From NCBI GenBank assembly GCA_016212365.1, contig JACRGL010000111.1, forward strand, positions 1 through 46,871: 46,871 nt of DNA. The letters are read 5' to 3'. This document shows positions 34,383 to 42,729 of this stretch, piece after piece. Each line of letters opens with the position of its first letter. Position 1 is the stretch's first letter. Under the pieces are notes generated by a model, which was not told the origin of the DNA, made no database searches, and worked only from the letters and a program-made list of their open reading frames with translations. Both the position numbers and the translations under genes were made by a program. The DNA comes from Candidatus Methylomirabilota bacterium. Its GTDB lineage: Bacteria > Methylomirabilota > Methylomirabilia > Methylomirabilales > JACRGL01.

Positions 34383-34456
34383 TGTAGGGGCCGACCTCCG
34401 GGCACACGCCTTTGGCGGGTCGGGCCCTAGGGCGGGGACAGAGCCCCGCCCCTACA
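34383..34456. repeat. REP-like palindromic element, family A
   Basis: TGTAGGGGCCGACC...GGTCGGGCCCTAGGGCGGGGACAGAGCCCCGCCCCTACA: 8-bp terminal inverted repeat TGTAGGGG/CCCCTACA plus internal stems CCGACC/GGTCGG and GCGGGG/CCCCGC. It lies between rnj and ftsK. Confidence 0.65.
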
Positions 34457-34470
34457 TCTAATGACTATTT

Positions 34471-36135
34471 TTATATTTCTATAATCACCGGCAGGATCAT
34501 GGGCCGTCTCTCCATGGTTTTATAGAGGAACTTCCGGAGTATGGCCCGGATGCGTTGCTTGATCAGAGACCAGTCCGCCTTTTCTTCAACGGAAAGACCT
34601 TGAAGGACCTCGAGGACCAATTTTCTGGCCTCCTCGAAAAGGGCGGCCGAGGACTCGACATAGACGAAGCCCCTCGAGATGATCTCAGGGCCAGCGATCA
34701 CCTCTCCCCTCTGCTTATCTATCCCCAGGACCACGATGACCATCCCATCCTGGGCCAAATGCTGGCGGTCGCGAAGCACGGTATCCCCTACGTCCCCCAC
34801 CCCCTTGCCGTCCACGAAGACCCTCCCTGCTGAGACGTGCCCTACGATTTTTCCTGAATTAGGGGTGAACTCCAAGACATCGCCATTCTCGGCCAGGATG
34901 ATGTTTTCTTTGGGGATCATCACCCGCTGGGCCATCCGTGCATGGAAATGGAGGTGTCGGTATTCGCCATGGATGGGGACGAAGAATCTCGGTCTCACCA
35001 AATTGAGCATCAACTTGAGCTCCTCCTGGCTTGGGTGGCCTGAGACATGGATTCGGGCCACCTCCTCGGTGATCACCTCCGCCCCTCGCTTAATGAGCTG
35101 ATTGATAGCCCGTGCTATAGACTTCTCGTTTCCAGGAATGACCCGGGCCGAGAAGATCACCATGTCCCCCTTTTGAATCTGGATCTGCTTGTGCTCTCCC
35201 ACCGCAATTCTGGCTATGGCGCTGAGGGGCTCTCCCTGGCTCCCGGTGGTAACAATCACCCCTCTCTCAGGTGGAAGGCCTCGGAGCTCATCGAGGCGAA
35301 CCAGGACCCCCTCTGGCACCCGGAGGTAGCCAAGCTCGGCAGCAATCCGGACATTAGCCACCATGCTCTTTCCATTAATGGCCACCTTCTTCCCCAGCTT
35401 TTCCGCCACATCCAGGACCTGCTGGATACGGTGGATGTTAGAGGCAAAGCAGGCCACAATGATCCGCCGCTGCGCAACCCGGAAGATGTCCTTGAAGGTA
35501 GAACCCACCTCCCGTTCAGAAGGAGTAAAGCCCTCCCGTAATGCGTTGGTGCTGTCGGAGAGGAGGACCAGGACCCCCTGATCCCCAAGCTCCGCCAACT
35601 TGTGATAATCGGTGAGCTCCCCATCCACGGGGGTTTGGTCGAATTTGAAGTCACCAGCATGGAGGACCAAGCCCAGGGGGGTATGGATGGCTATTGCCAC
35701 CCCATCGGGGATAGAATGGGCCACTCGGATAAAATCCAGACGGAGGGAGCTAAGCTCTATGGCCTCCCGGGGCCGGATTCGGCGGAGGTCTATTTGTCCC
35801 TGAAGGCCAAACTCCTTGAGTTTTTCCTCCACCAAGCCCAGGGATAGGAGAGTCCCATAAACGGGCACTGGAAGCTCACGGAGTAGGAAGGGAAGTGCCC
35901 CCGTGTGGTCCTCATGGCCGTGGGTGAGGACTATAGCTCGGACCTTTTCCCGGTTCTGGAGGATATAAGTGAAGTCGGGGATTACCAGGTCGATCCCCAG
36001 CATCTCTTCCTCTGGGAACATGAGTCCGGCGTCAATGACCAGGAGGTCCTCCCGGGTCTCCAGGAGGCACATGTTCATCCCGATCTCCCCTAAACCTCCT
36101 AAGGGGATAATCCGGACCCAATTGCCTGCCTGCAA
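34471..36135 (-). CDS. rnj: Ribonuclease J (metallo-beta-lactamase / beta-CASP)
   Basis: 554 aa. TTG start with GGAGG 4 nt upstream. Motifs include LTHGHEDHTGALPFL, the beta-CASP region, and HVSGHPSQEEL. Confidence 0.95.
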   Translation of the reverse strand: MQAGNWVRIIPLGGLGEIGMNMCLLETREDLLVIDAGLMFPEEEMLGIDLVIPDFTYILQNREKVRAIVLTHGHEDHTGALPFLLRELPVPVYGTLLSLGLVEEKLKEFGLQGQIDLRRIRPREAIELSSLRLDFIRVAHSIPDGVAIAIHTPLGLVLHAGDFKFDQTPVDGELTDYHKLAELGDQGVLVLLSDSTNALREGFTPSEREVGSTFKDIFRVAQRRIIVACFASNIHRIQQVLDVAEKLGKKVAINGKSMVANVRIAAELGYLRVPEGVLVRLDELRGLPPERGVIVTTGSQGEPLSAIARIAVGEHKQIQIQKGDMVIFSARVIPGNEKSIARAINQLIKRGAEVITEEVARIHVSGHPSQEELKLMLNLVRPRFFVPIHGEYRHLHFHARMAQRVMIPKENIILAENGDVLEFTPNSGKIVGHVSAGRVFVDGKGVGDVGDTVLRDRQHLAQDGMVIVVLGIDKQRGEVIAGPEIISRGFVYVESSAALFEEARKLVLEVLQGLSVEEKADWSLIKQRIRAILRKFLYKTMERRPMILPVIIEI

Positions 36136-36249
36136 TGGACCTCCTTCCCTTAGAGAGGTTGACGGTTGGCGGAAAACGGAAGACGACCTACTTCTCTCAG
36201 GTTGGCATTAACTGCCATCTGTCACCCTGTCACCGTCATCGGTCAACGC

Positions 36250-38706
36250 TTAGCTAGGTCGGTGAGCGTGGGAGGCCACCGATACCTTGGACTTGAGTTC
36301 CTTGGTCGGTGTGGCCTCCCGTCGCAGGGCTGCTTCCAGCACCTGGTCCATGTGATCCACCAGGATGAAATGGAGGCCCCGCTTGACGTTGGCTGGCAGC
36401 TCCTTCACATCCTTATCGTTCTCCTGGGGAAGGACGATGGTCTTAATGCCCACCCGCCGACCGGCTAGCACTTTCTCTTTGATCCCCCCCACCGGGAGGA
36501 CCTTGCCTCTCAAGGTCACCTCCCCTGTCATGGCTACATCCCGCCGGACAGGGGTCTTGGTGAGGGCAGAAATAAGGGCGGTAGCCATAGTAATCCCTGC
36601 TGAGGGGCCGTCCTTTGGGATGGCCCCTGCCGGCACGTGGACGTGGAGGTCAAGATTAGCAAAGATGTCCTCCTCGATCCCTAGCTCACGGGCCCGGGAG
36701 CGGGTGTAACTAAGGGCTGCCTGGGCTGACTCCTTCATGACGTCGCCCAGATGTCCGGTTAGGGCCAAGGAGCCCTTCCCCTTCATTACCGTGGCTTCAA
36801 TGTATATCACGTCGCCCCCCGTCTGGGTCCAGGCAAGCCCTGTGGCCACCCCCATTTCATCCTTTTCCTGCTCGGGCTCCCGGAGGAACCTGGGAGCTCT
36901 CAAATATTTATGGAGGCTTGCGACGGTAACCTTTGCTAGGCCCTTCTTTCCCTCGGCAACCCCCTTGGCCACCTTGCGGCAGATGGTGGCGATCTCCCGC
37001 TCCAGGTTCCGGAGCCCTGCCTCGCGGGTGTATTCGTTGATGATTTTTAGGATGGCCTCGTCGGAAATCTCCAGGTGGCGGCGGTCTATACCATGCTCCT
37101 TGTATTGGCGAGGGATAAGGTAGCGCTTGGCGATGTGGAGTTTTTCCTCCTCGGTGTAGCCGGAGATCTCGATCACCTCCATCCGATCCTTCAGGGCCGG
37201 GAGGATCGGGTCGGCCAGGTTAGCGGTAGTGATGAACATCACATTAGAGAGGTCGAAGGGCACTCCTAGGTAATGGTCGGTGAAGCTCACATTCTGCTCG
37301 GGATCCAGGACCTCCAGCAGGGCGGCCGAGGGGTCCCCGCGGAAGTCGGCCCCAACCTTGTCCACCTCGTCCATCATGAAGACAGGGTTGTTAGAGCCTG
37401 CCTGCTTGATCGACTGGATGATCTTGCCGGGAAGGGCACCAATGTAAGTGCGGCGATGACCCCGGATCTCCGCCTCGTCCCGGACTCCCCCCAGGGAGAT
37501 GCGCACGAACTTCCGACTCAGGGCCCTGGCAATGGACCTGCCCAAGGAGGTCTTCCCAACCCCAGGGGGGCCCACAAAGCAGAGGATGGGGCCTTTCATC
37601 TTCTTTTTCAGCTTCCGCACCGCCAGGTATTCCAGGATACGCTCCTTCACCTTCTCCAGGTCGTAGTGGTCCTCCTCCAGAATGGAGGAGGCCTTTTTGA
37701 TACTAAGCTTATCCTTGGTCTGGCGACCCCAGGGGAGCTCAATGAGCCAGTCCAGGTAGGTCCGGATAACCGAGGCTTCAGCGGCGTCGGGGTGCATCCG
37801 CTGGAGGCGACCGAGCTGCTGTCTAGCCTCGGCCTCTACCTGAGGCGGCATCTTGGCCTTCTCGATTTTAGCGCTGTATTCTTGTATCTCCTGGGCCCGC
37901 TCATCGGCCTCCCCTAGCTCCTTTTGGATGGCCTTGAGCTGCTCCCGAAGGTAATACTCCTTTTGGGTCTTGTCCATCTCCCCCCGGGCCTGTGACTGGA
38001 TCTTCTGCTGCATCTCCAGAACCTCGATCTCCTTGCCCAAGAGTTCGGCGATCCTCCGCAGCCTCACCACAGGATCCATGATCTCCAGGATCTCCTGGGC
38101 ATCCTCCACTTTAAGATCGAGATTGGAGGCCACCAGATCCCCCAGCCTTCCCGGATGGTCCAAATTATTGATGATGACTAGCACGTCAGGGGAGATGCCC
38201 TTTCCCAGCTGGACGCTCTTTCCCACCTGTTCCTTTACAGAGCGCATGAGGGCTTCCATTTCCAGGGGTGGGGCAGTCGCCTCCGCCTCTGGGACCTCTG
38301 CCACCCTTACCTCGAAGTAAGGGTTCTTTCGGAGGTATTCCGTGATTCGCGCCCTGGCCACTCCTTGCACCAAGACCTTTACCCTCCCATCGGGCATCTT
38401 CAGCATGCGCATAATCATGGAAATAGTGCCCACAGGGTAGATCTCCTCCTGGGAGGGATCTTCGGCCTCCGCGTCCTTTTGGGCCACCAAGAGGATTATG
38501 CGGTCTCTGGACAGGGATTCATCCACCGCCCGGATGGATTTATCCCGGCCCACAAAAAGGGGCAGGATCATGAAAGGGTAAATCACCACATCGCGAACCG
38601 GCAATAGAGGAATCACTGCCGGAAGCCTGCGTTCCTGTCCGCTAGGACTCTGACCCTCAGAGTCTTTTTCTTCGGTCTTGGGCTCTTTCTCCTCTGACAT
38701 GCCCAC
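36250..38706 (-). CDS. lon: ATP-dependent Lon protease
   Basis: 818 aa. LON N-domain, Walker [12 protein letters not shown], Walker [10 protein letters not shown], and proteolytic Ser in [15 protein letters not shown]. Confidence 0.98.
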   Translation of the reverse strand: MGMSEEKEPKTEEKDSEGQSPSGQERRLPAVIPLLPVRDVVIYPFMILPLFVGRDKSIRAVDESLSRDRIILLVAQKDAEAEDPSQEEIYPVGTISMIMRMLKMPDGRVKVLVQGVARARITEYLRKNPYFEVRVAEVPEAEATAPPLEMEALMRSVKEQVGKSVQLGKGISPDVLVIINNLDHPGRLGDLVASNLDLKVEDAQEILEIMDPVVRLRRIAELLGKEIEVLEMQQKIQSQARGEMDKTQKEYYLREQLKAIQKELGEADERAQEIQEYSAKIEKAKMPPQVEAEARQQLGRLQRMHPDAAEASVIRTYLDWLIELPWGRQTKDKLSIKKASSILEEDHYDLEKVKERILEYLAVRKLKKKMKGPILCFVGPPGVGKTSLGRSIARALSRKFVRISLGGVRDEAEIRGHRRTYIGALPGKIIQSIKQAGSNNPVFMMDEVDKVGADFRGDPSAALLEVLDPEQNVSFTDHYLGVPFDLSNVMFITTANLADPILPALKDRMEVIEISGYTEEEKLHIAKRYLIPRQYKEHGIDRRHLEISDEAILKIINEYTREAGLRNLEREIATICRKVAKGVAEGKKGLAKVTVASLHKYLRAPRFLREPEQEKDEMGVATGLAWTQTGGDVIYIEATVMKGKGSLALTGHLGDVMKESAQAALSYTRSRARELGIEEDIFANLDLHVHVPAGAIPKDGPSAGITMATALISALTKTPVRRDVAMTGEVTLRGKVLPVGGIKEKVLAGRRVGIKTIVLPQENDKDVKELPANVKRGLHFILVDHMDQVLEAALRREATPTKELKSKVSVASHAHRPS

Positions 38707-38791
38707 TCCTCCTCCTGATAGTTTTCTTCTGGGTCATTGATGGGCATCGACTCCTCATCAGCCCGCCTTCTCACCTTCTTCCCCCCTTCCT

Positions 38792-39223
38792 TCAGGGCCC
38801 TTGGGATATGACCACCTTCTGGCCCCGTTTGGGAATCACCACCTTGAGGATCCCCCCATCCAGGGAAGCCTTGGCTTCTGCACCAATGGCGGCCTTCGGT
38901 AGGGTGAGGATCCTCCTAAAGGGGCCGAAGACCCTTTCGGCGCGATGGTAGCGTTTCTTAAGGGCCACATCCAGATCCTCCTTCAGGCCCTGGATGACCA
39001 AGGCCCCTGAGGTAACATGGATCCGGATCCGATCAGGGCTCACCCCTGGCAATTCCAACTCTACCCATATAGCGGAAGGGGTCTCGTAGACGTCGAGGGC
39101 TGGGAGATGGAAGCTGGAGGGCCCTTTCTCCCAGAGCGATCCCTCCTCCCTGGGGAGGTCTAAGGCCTCCCCCCCGGTCTCCTTGGAAAATAGCAGGGCG
39201 ATGGACCTCCACCCCTTACCCAT
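38792..39223 (-). CDS. Hsp20/alpha-crystallin family small heat-shock protein
   Basis: 143 aa. The alpha-crystallin domain pattern runs PALDVYETPSAIWVELELPGVSPDRIRIHV...GALVIQG...ERVFGPFRRILTLP...GILKVVIPK. The start is 2 nt after the galU stop. Confidence 0.88.
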   Translation of the reverse strand: MGKGWRSIALLFSKETGGEALDLPREEGSLWEKGPSSFHLPALDVYETPSAIWVELELPGVSPDRIRIHVTSGALVIQGLKEDLDVALKKRYHRAERVFGPFRRILTLPKAAIGAEAKASLDGGILKVVIPKRGQKVVISQGP

Positions 39224-39225
39224 TT

Positions 39226-40143
39226 CTATACCCCCGTGTTGTCCTGGGGTCGCCTTCTATGGCCCTCAGGGCCAAATGCCTCCAAGTCTAAGGTCCGGAG
39301 ATATTCCTTGAACCCGTATGCCAGGTCGGGCCGCTTCAGGGCAAATTCCACCGTGGCCTTGAGGAATCCCAGCTTGCTTCCCGCATCGTAGCGCTTCCCT
39401 TCGAACTCGTAGCCGTAGATCTTCTGTTTCTTCAGGAGGACCTTTAGACCATTGGTGAGCTGGATCTCGCCTGCCCTATCCTGGGGGGTTCGCTCTAAGG
39501 CTTCAAATATCTCAGGGGTCAGGATGTATCGGCCGATAATGGCCAGGTCAGAAGGGGCTTTGGATTGGGGGGGTTTCTCCACTAGATCCAAGACCTGGTA
39601 GACGTAGTCCTCTAAAGGCCGGGCCTTAATGATCCCGTAACTCGAAACTTCCTCTTTAGGCACCCGCTGGACCCCCAGGATGGTGCACTGGTACTTCTCA
39701 TAGACCTCCATCATCTGCTTCATACAAGGGACGATCGAATCAATGACGTCGTCCCCTAAAAAAACGGCGAAGGGCTCTTCCCCTACTATATCCTTAGCCA
39801 CCAAGATGGCATGACCCAATCCTATTGGCTCTTTTTGCCGGACGTAGCAGAATGAAATAAGGCCGGAGATCTTCAAAATCTCATCCAATAGGTCAGGACG
39901 CCCCTTCTTAATTAGGGCCTGCTCTAGTTCGAGGGAGCGGTCGAAGTGGTCCTCGATGGCGTTCTTTCCCCTGCCCGTAACAATGATGATGTGTTGGATC
40001 CCAGAGGCTGCCGCCTCCTCAACCACATACTGAATGGTGGGCTTGTCCACTATGGGTAGCATTTCCTTGGGCTGGGCCTTTGTGGCCGGCAAAAATCGCG
40101 TTCCCAGCCCTGCCGCCGGGAAAACCGCCTTCCGGATCCTCAT
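39226..40143 (-). CDS. galU: UTP--glucose-1-phosphate uridylyltransferase
   Basis: 305 aa, with KAVFPAAGLGTRFLPATKAQPKEMLPIVDKPTIQYVVEEA, the canonical GalU N-terminus. Confidence 0.95.
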   Translation of the reverse strand: MRIRKAVFPAAGLGTRFLPATKAQPKEMLPIVDKPTIQYVVEEAAASGIQHIIIVTGRGKNAIEDHFDRSLELEQALIKKGRPDLLDEILKISGLISFCYVRQKEPIGLGHAILVAKDIVGEEPFAVFLGDDVIDSIVPCMKQMMEVYEKYQCTILGVQRVPKEEVSSYGIIKARPLEDYVYQVLDLVEKPPQSKAPSDLAIIGRYILTPEIFEALERTPQDRAGEIQLTNGLKVLLKKQKIYGYEFEGKRYDAGSKLGFLKATVEFALKRPDLAYGFKEYLRTLDLEAFGPEGHRRRPQDNTGV

Positions 40144-40353
40144 CCCTTCTCCTATTTTTTTATTTTTTATAGCATCTTTCTCAAAAAGTCAACGGGAAAA
40201 CCTGATCCCGGACATGGGTATTTCTGAAAAAAATGGTTGACATCTCCCTTCCTTCTATAGTAGCCTCCGAATCGTTTTGAGATGGCTTTTTCCGGCCAAG
40301 CCCATTTTCTGGACTTCCGTGGATTATCCCTTTTGTCCCCAATGAGGACGTAG

Positions 40354-42132
40354 ATGAGGCTTCTCCTCATTTCGCCAGAGGTGCAGTCGAGCACTTTCCG
40401 CTTTACTCCTAAAGAGGTACGGGCCTTTTGGTTCCCCCGCCTAAGCCTGGCCGCCCTTGCCGCCCTCACCCCCCCAGATGTGGAGGTGAGGATCGTGGAC
40501 GAGTGTGTGGAGGGGGTGAACCTCGATGAACCCGCTGACCTGGTGGGCATCTCCCTCATGACCTATATGGCCCCTAGGGGCTATGAGATCGCTGCGGCCT
40601 TTCGATCCCGGGGGACCAAGGTTGTATTGGGAGGCCATCACCCTTCAGCGCTGCCCGATGAGGCCATCCAACATGCTGACGCAGTGGTAATCGGGGAAGC
40701 CGAGGAGACCTGGCCCCAGGTCATTGCTGATTTTAAGACCGGTCGGCTCAAGAAATTCTATCGCAGCCAGGCCAGACCCAGCCTGGTGGGGCTTCCCAGG
40801 CCCCGCTTGGACCTTCTGAAAAGGGAGGCTTACATGACGGCCAACTGTGTCCAGGCCGGCCGCGGCTGTCCCTTTAATTGCGACTTTTGCTCGGTTACCA
40901 ACTTCTTCGGCAACACCTTCCGCCTCCGCCCCGTGGAAGAGGTAGTGGCGGAGGTGAAGGCCCTCCCTGGGAATCACCTCTTTTTTGTAGATGACAATAT
41001 CGCCGGAAACAAGGCCTATGCCAGGAGGCTCTTCCAGGCCCTCATCCCATTGGGAAAGAAGTGGGCCAGCCAGTCTAGCCTCAACCTGGCCGAGGATCCA
41101 GAACTGCTAGCCCTAGCCGCCCGAAGTGGCTGTAGTGGCCTCTTTGTAGGGATCGAAACCCTATCCCAGGCGGCCCTAGAGGGGGTGGGCAAGTCCTTCA
41201 ACCGGGTCCAAAGGTACGAGGAGTGTATTTCCCGCTTCCATGACCACGGGATTCTCCTGGATGCAGGGATAATCTTTGGTCTGGACGAGGACGATGAATC
41301 GGTATTCGAGCGGACCGTAGAATTCCTCCGCCGGAATCGGGTGGGCCTCGCCCTCTTCAATATCTTGACGCCCCTTCCAGGGACCGCCCTCTACCAGCGC
41401 CTACTCCGCGAGGGGAGGATCTTTGATAGGAACTGGGCTCACTACGATGGCAGGCACGTGGTCTTTGAACCCAGACACATGACACCTGAGGTGCTTCAGG
41501 AAGGCTTCTACTGGGCCTGCCATCAATTCTGTTCCTATAGAAGCATTCTTCAGCGGGTCCTCCGCCCTCAACCTTACTTTTTCTCCCGCCTCTATGTGAA
41601 TTATGCCCATCGCCGATTCGTGGCGCGGATGCCTAAAGGAGGAATAACGCCCCTCTCACGGATTTTGTCCAGAATCCCGGGATGTATCCCCATTAAGGAG
41701 AGGCTGGATCTAATCATTCCCAATGCCTTTGATGCCTTAAAGCTCCAGGCTGAAAAGGTCTCTGGGAGGATAGAATCCTACCTCAAGATCGAGATCCGCC
41801 CTATTGATAGGCTGAGGGGGTTACGGATCGAGCTCGAGGGAGCCATGGACAAGCTAGGGGCACGAAGGCTGCTCAAAAGGATAGACCGGCTGCTCAAGAA
41901 GATAAAGATGGATGTAGTTATTGATTGCCACCGCCTTCGCTATGCCACTCCCAAAGCCCTAGAAGTCCTCTTCGCCCAGCGAGCTCAAGACCTCTTTAGG
42001 GGGGCGCGAATCCGGATCCTCAATGTCCACTCTTCCCTGCGGGAGATGCTAGAGAAATTTAACGCCCCAAGGGGCCTCTTTGAGATATCAGAAGAGGAAA
42101 CAGAAAAAATCTTCCTCCGAAAGGAAAAATAA
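40354..42132 (+). CDS. B12-binding-domain radical SAM protein (with DUF4070-like region) carrying a C-terminal STAS-like domain
   Basis: 592 aa with RBS GAGGA. N-terminal B12-binding-like Rossmann segment (VGISLMTYMAPRGYEIAAAFRSRGTKVVLGGHH), and radical SAM cluster motif CPFNCDFC (aa 172-179). The DUF4070-like segment is FDRNWAHYDGRHVVF... . A 105-aa tail or so (aa 476-580) shows a beta-alpha alternation resembling SpoIIAA/STAS. Confidence 0.85.
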   Translation: MRLLLISPEVQSSTFRFTPKEVRAFWFPRLSLAALAALTPPDVEVRIVDECVEGVNLDEPADLVGISLMTYMAPRGYEIAAAFRSRGTKVVLGGHHPSALPDEAIQHADAVVIGEAEETWPQVIADFKTGRLKKFYRSQARPSLVGLPRPRLDLLKREAYMTANCVQAGRGCPFNCDFCSVTNFFGNTFRLRPVEEVVAEVKALPGNHLFFVDDNIAGNKAYARRLFQALIPLGKKWASQSSLNLAEDPELLALAARSGCSGLFVGIETLSQAALEGVGKSFNRVQRYEECISRFHDHGILLDAGIIFGLDEDDESVFERTVEFLRRNRVGLALFNILTPLPGTALYQRLLREGRIFDRNWAHYDGRHVVFEPRHMTPEVLQEGFYWACHQFCSYRSILQRVLRPQPYFFSRLYVNYAHRRFVARMPKGGITPLSRILSRIPGCIPIKERLDLIIPNAFDALKLQAEKVSGRIESYLKIEIRPIDRLRGLRIELEGAMDKLGARRLLKRIDRLLKKIKMDVVIDCHRLRYATPKALEVLFAQRAQDLFRGARIRILNVHSSLREMLEKFNAPRGLFEISEEETEKIFLRKEK

Positions 42133-42135
42133 AGC

Positions 42136-42164
42136 TTGACAAAGGGGGATCTATTCTTTATATT
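42136..42164 (+). promoter_or_regulatory. Strong sigma70-type promoter (csp)
   Basis: TTGACA at 42136-42141, an exact 17-nt spacer, then TATATT at 42159-42164. It starts 4 nt after the radical SAM stop codon. Confidence 0.65.
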
Positions 42165-42216
42165 TTCCCTGTTTTAGTAGTAAGCCTTTTGTTTGCTGCG
42201 GTTTTTGAGACCAGGG

Positions 42217-42256
42217 CCGCGAAAGCTTAGTACTAGACGGCTTTCGCGGTTTTTTT
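42217..42256 (+). terminator. Terminator-like hairpin with a U-tract (radical SAM gene terminator and/or csp leader attenuator)
   Basis: 10-bp perfect stem CCGCGAAAGC (42217-42226) / GCTTTCGCGG (42240-42249), a 13-nt loop, then TTTTTTT at 42250-42256. It lies about 50 nt downstream of the predicted csp transcription start and 110 nt upstream of the csp start codon. Confidence 0.6.
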
Positions 42257-42366
42257 ATGATTGGCACTCTGGAATACCCTTAGTAGGTAGCTAGGATCCT
42301 TTTTCAGGATCTTTGCTTCTCCGAGGCCTCTGGCATCGGGATTTTAGAAAGAAAGGAGGTAAAGCT

Positions 42367-42570
42367 GTGAGGAGTACCGGTAAGGTTAAGTGGTTCAACG
42401 ACGCCAAGGGCTTTGGCTTCATTGAGCGTTCCGACGGCGAGGATGTGTTCGTTCACTTCACCGCCATTCAAGGGAGCGGGTTCCGTTCCTTAAGCGAAGG
42501 ACAAGAAGTCGAGTTCGACATCGTTGAAGGCCCGAAGGGCAAGCAAGCCGCCAACGTGACCAAACGGTAG
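42367..42570 (+). CDS. cspA: Cold-shock protein (CspA family, S1-like cold-shock domain)
   Basis: Start at GTG 42367, with AGGAGG 7 nt upstream. [30 protein letters not shown] contains the RNP1 (KGFGFI) and RNP2 (VFVHF) motifs. 67 aa. Confidence 0.95.
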   Translation: MRSTGKVKWFNDAKGFGFIERSDGEDVFVHFTAIQGSGFRSLSEGQEVEFDIVEGPKGKQAANVTKR

Positions 42571-42600
42571 CTTGACGAAGATCATCTGAACCCCAGGAGA

Positions 42601-42638
42601 CCCCGACCAGCATGACTGCGTCGGGGTTTTCCTTTTTT
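42601..42638 (+). terminator. Rho-independent terminator of csp
   Basis: Stem CCCCGAC (42601-42607) / GTCGGGG (42620-42626) followed by TTTTCCTTTTTT. Confidence 0.75.
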
Positions 42639-42647
42639 GGCCTTCCC

Positions 42648-42676
42648 TTGCCCCCCAAAGGAACTTCGGTTATAAT
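42648..42676 (+). promoter_or_regulatory. Candidate promoter of the ABC-2 transporter operon
   Basis: TTGCCC at 42648-42653, a 17-nt spacer, then consensus TATAAT at 42671-42676. Confidence 0.5.
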
Positions 42677-42729
42677 ATAGTGATTTTATAAAGCTCGGAA
42701 CCCCTACTACCTTAAAAGGGGTTAGGGCG

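Noticed and set aside
40144-40353. Looked for a cobalamin riboswitch (B12 box) or other leader element upstream of the B12-binding radical SAM gene. Also considered TTGACA (40237-40242) ... TATAGT (40255-40260) as a promoter.
   Set aside because: No B12-box-like sequence or conserved riboswitch core was recognised. The hexamer spacing is only 12 nt, too short for a sigma70 promoter.
40167-40559. 130-aa minus-strand ORF spanning the galU/radical-SAM spacer.
   Set aside because: It overlaps the well-supported start of the radical SAM gene in antisense. It is Arg/Ser-rich with no motif and has no RBS.
42261-42275. TGGCAC in the csp leader, considered as a sigma54 -24 element.
   Set aside because: The required TTGC at -12 (5 nt downstream) is absent; the sequence there is AATAC.
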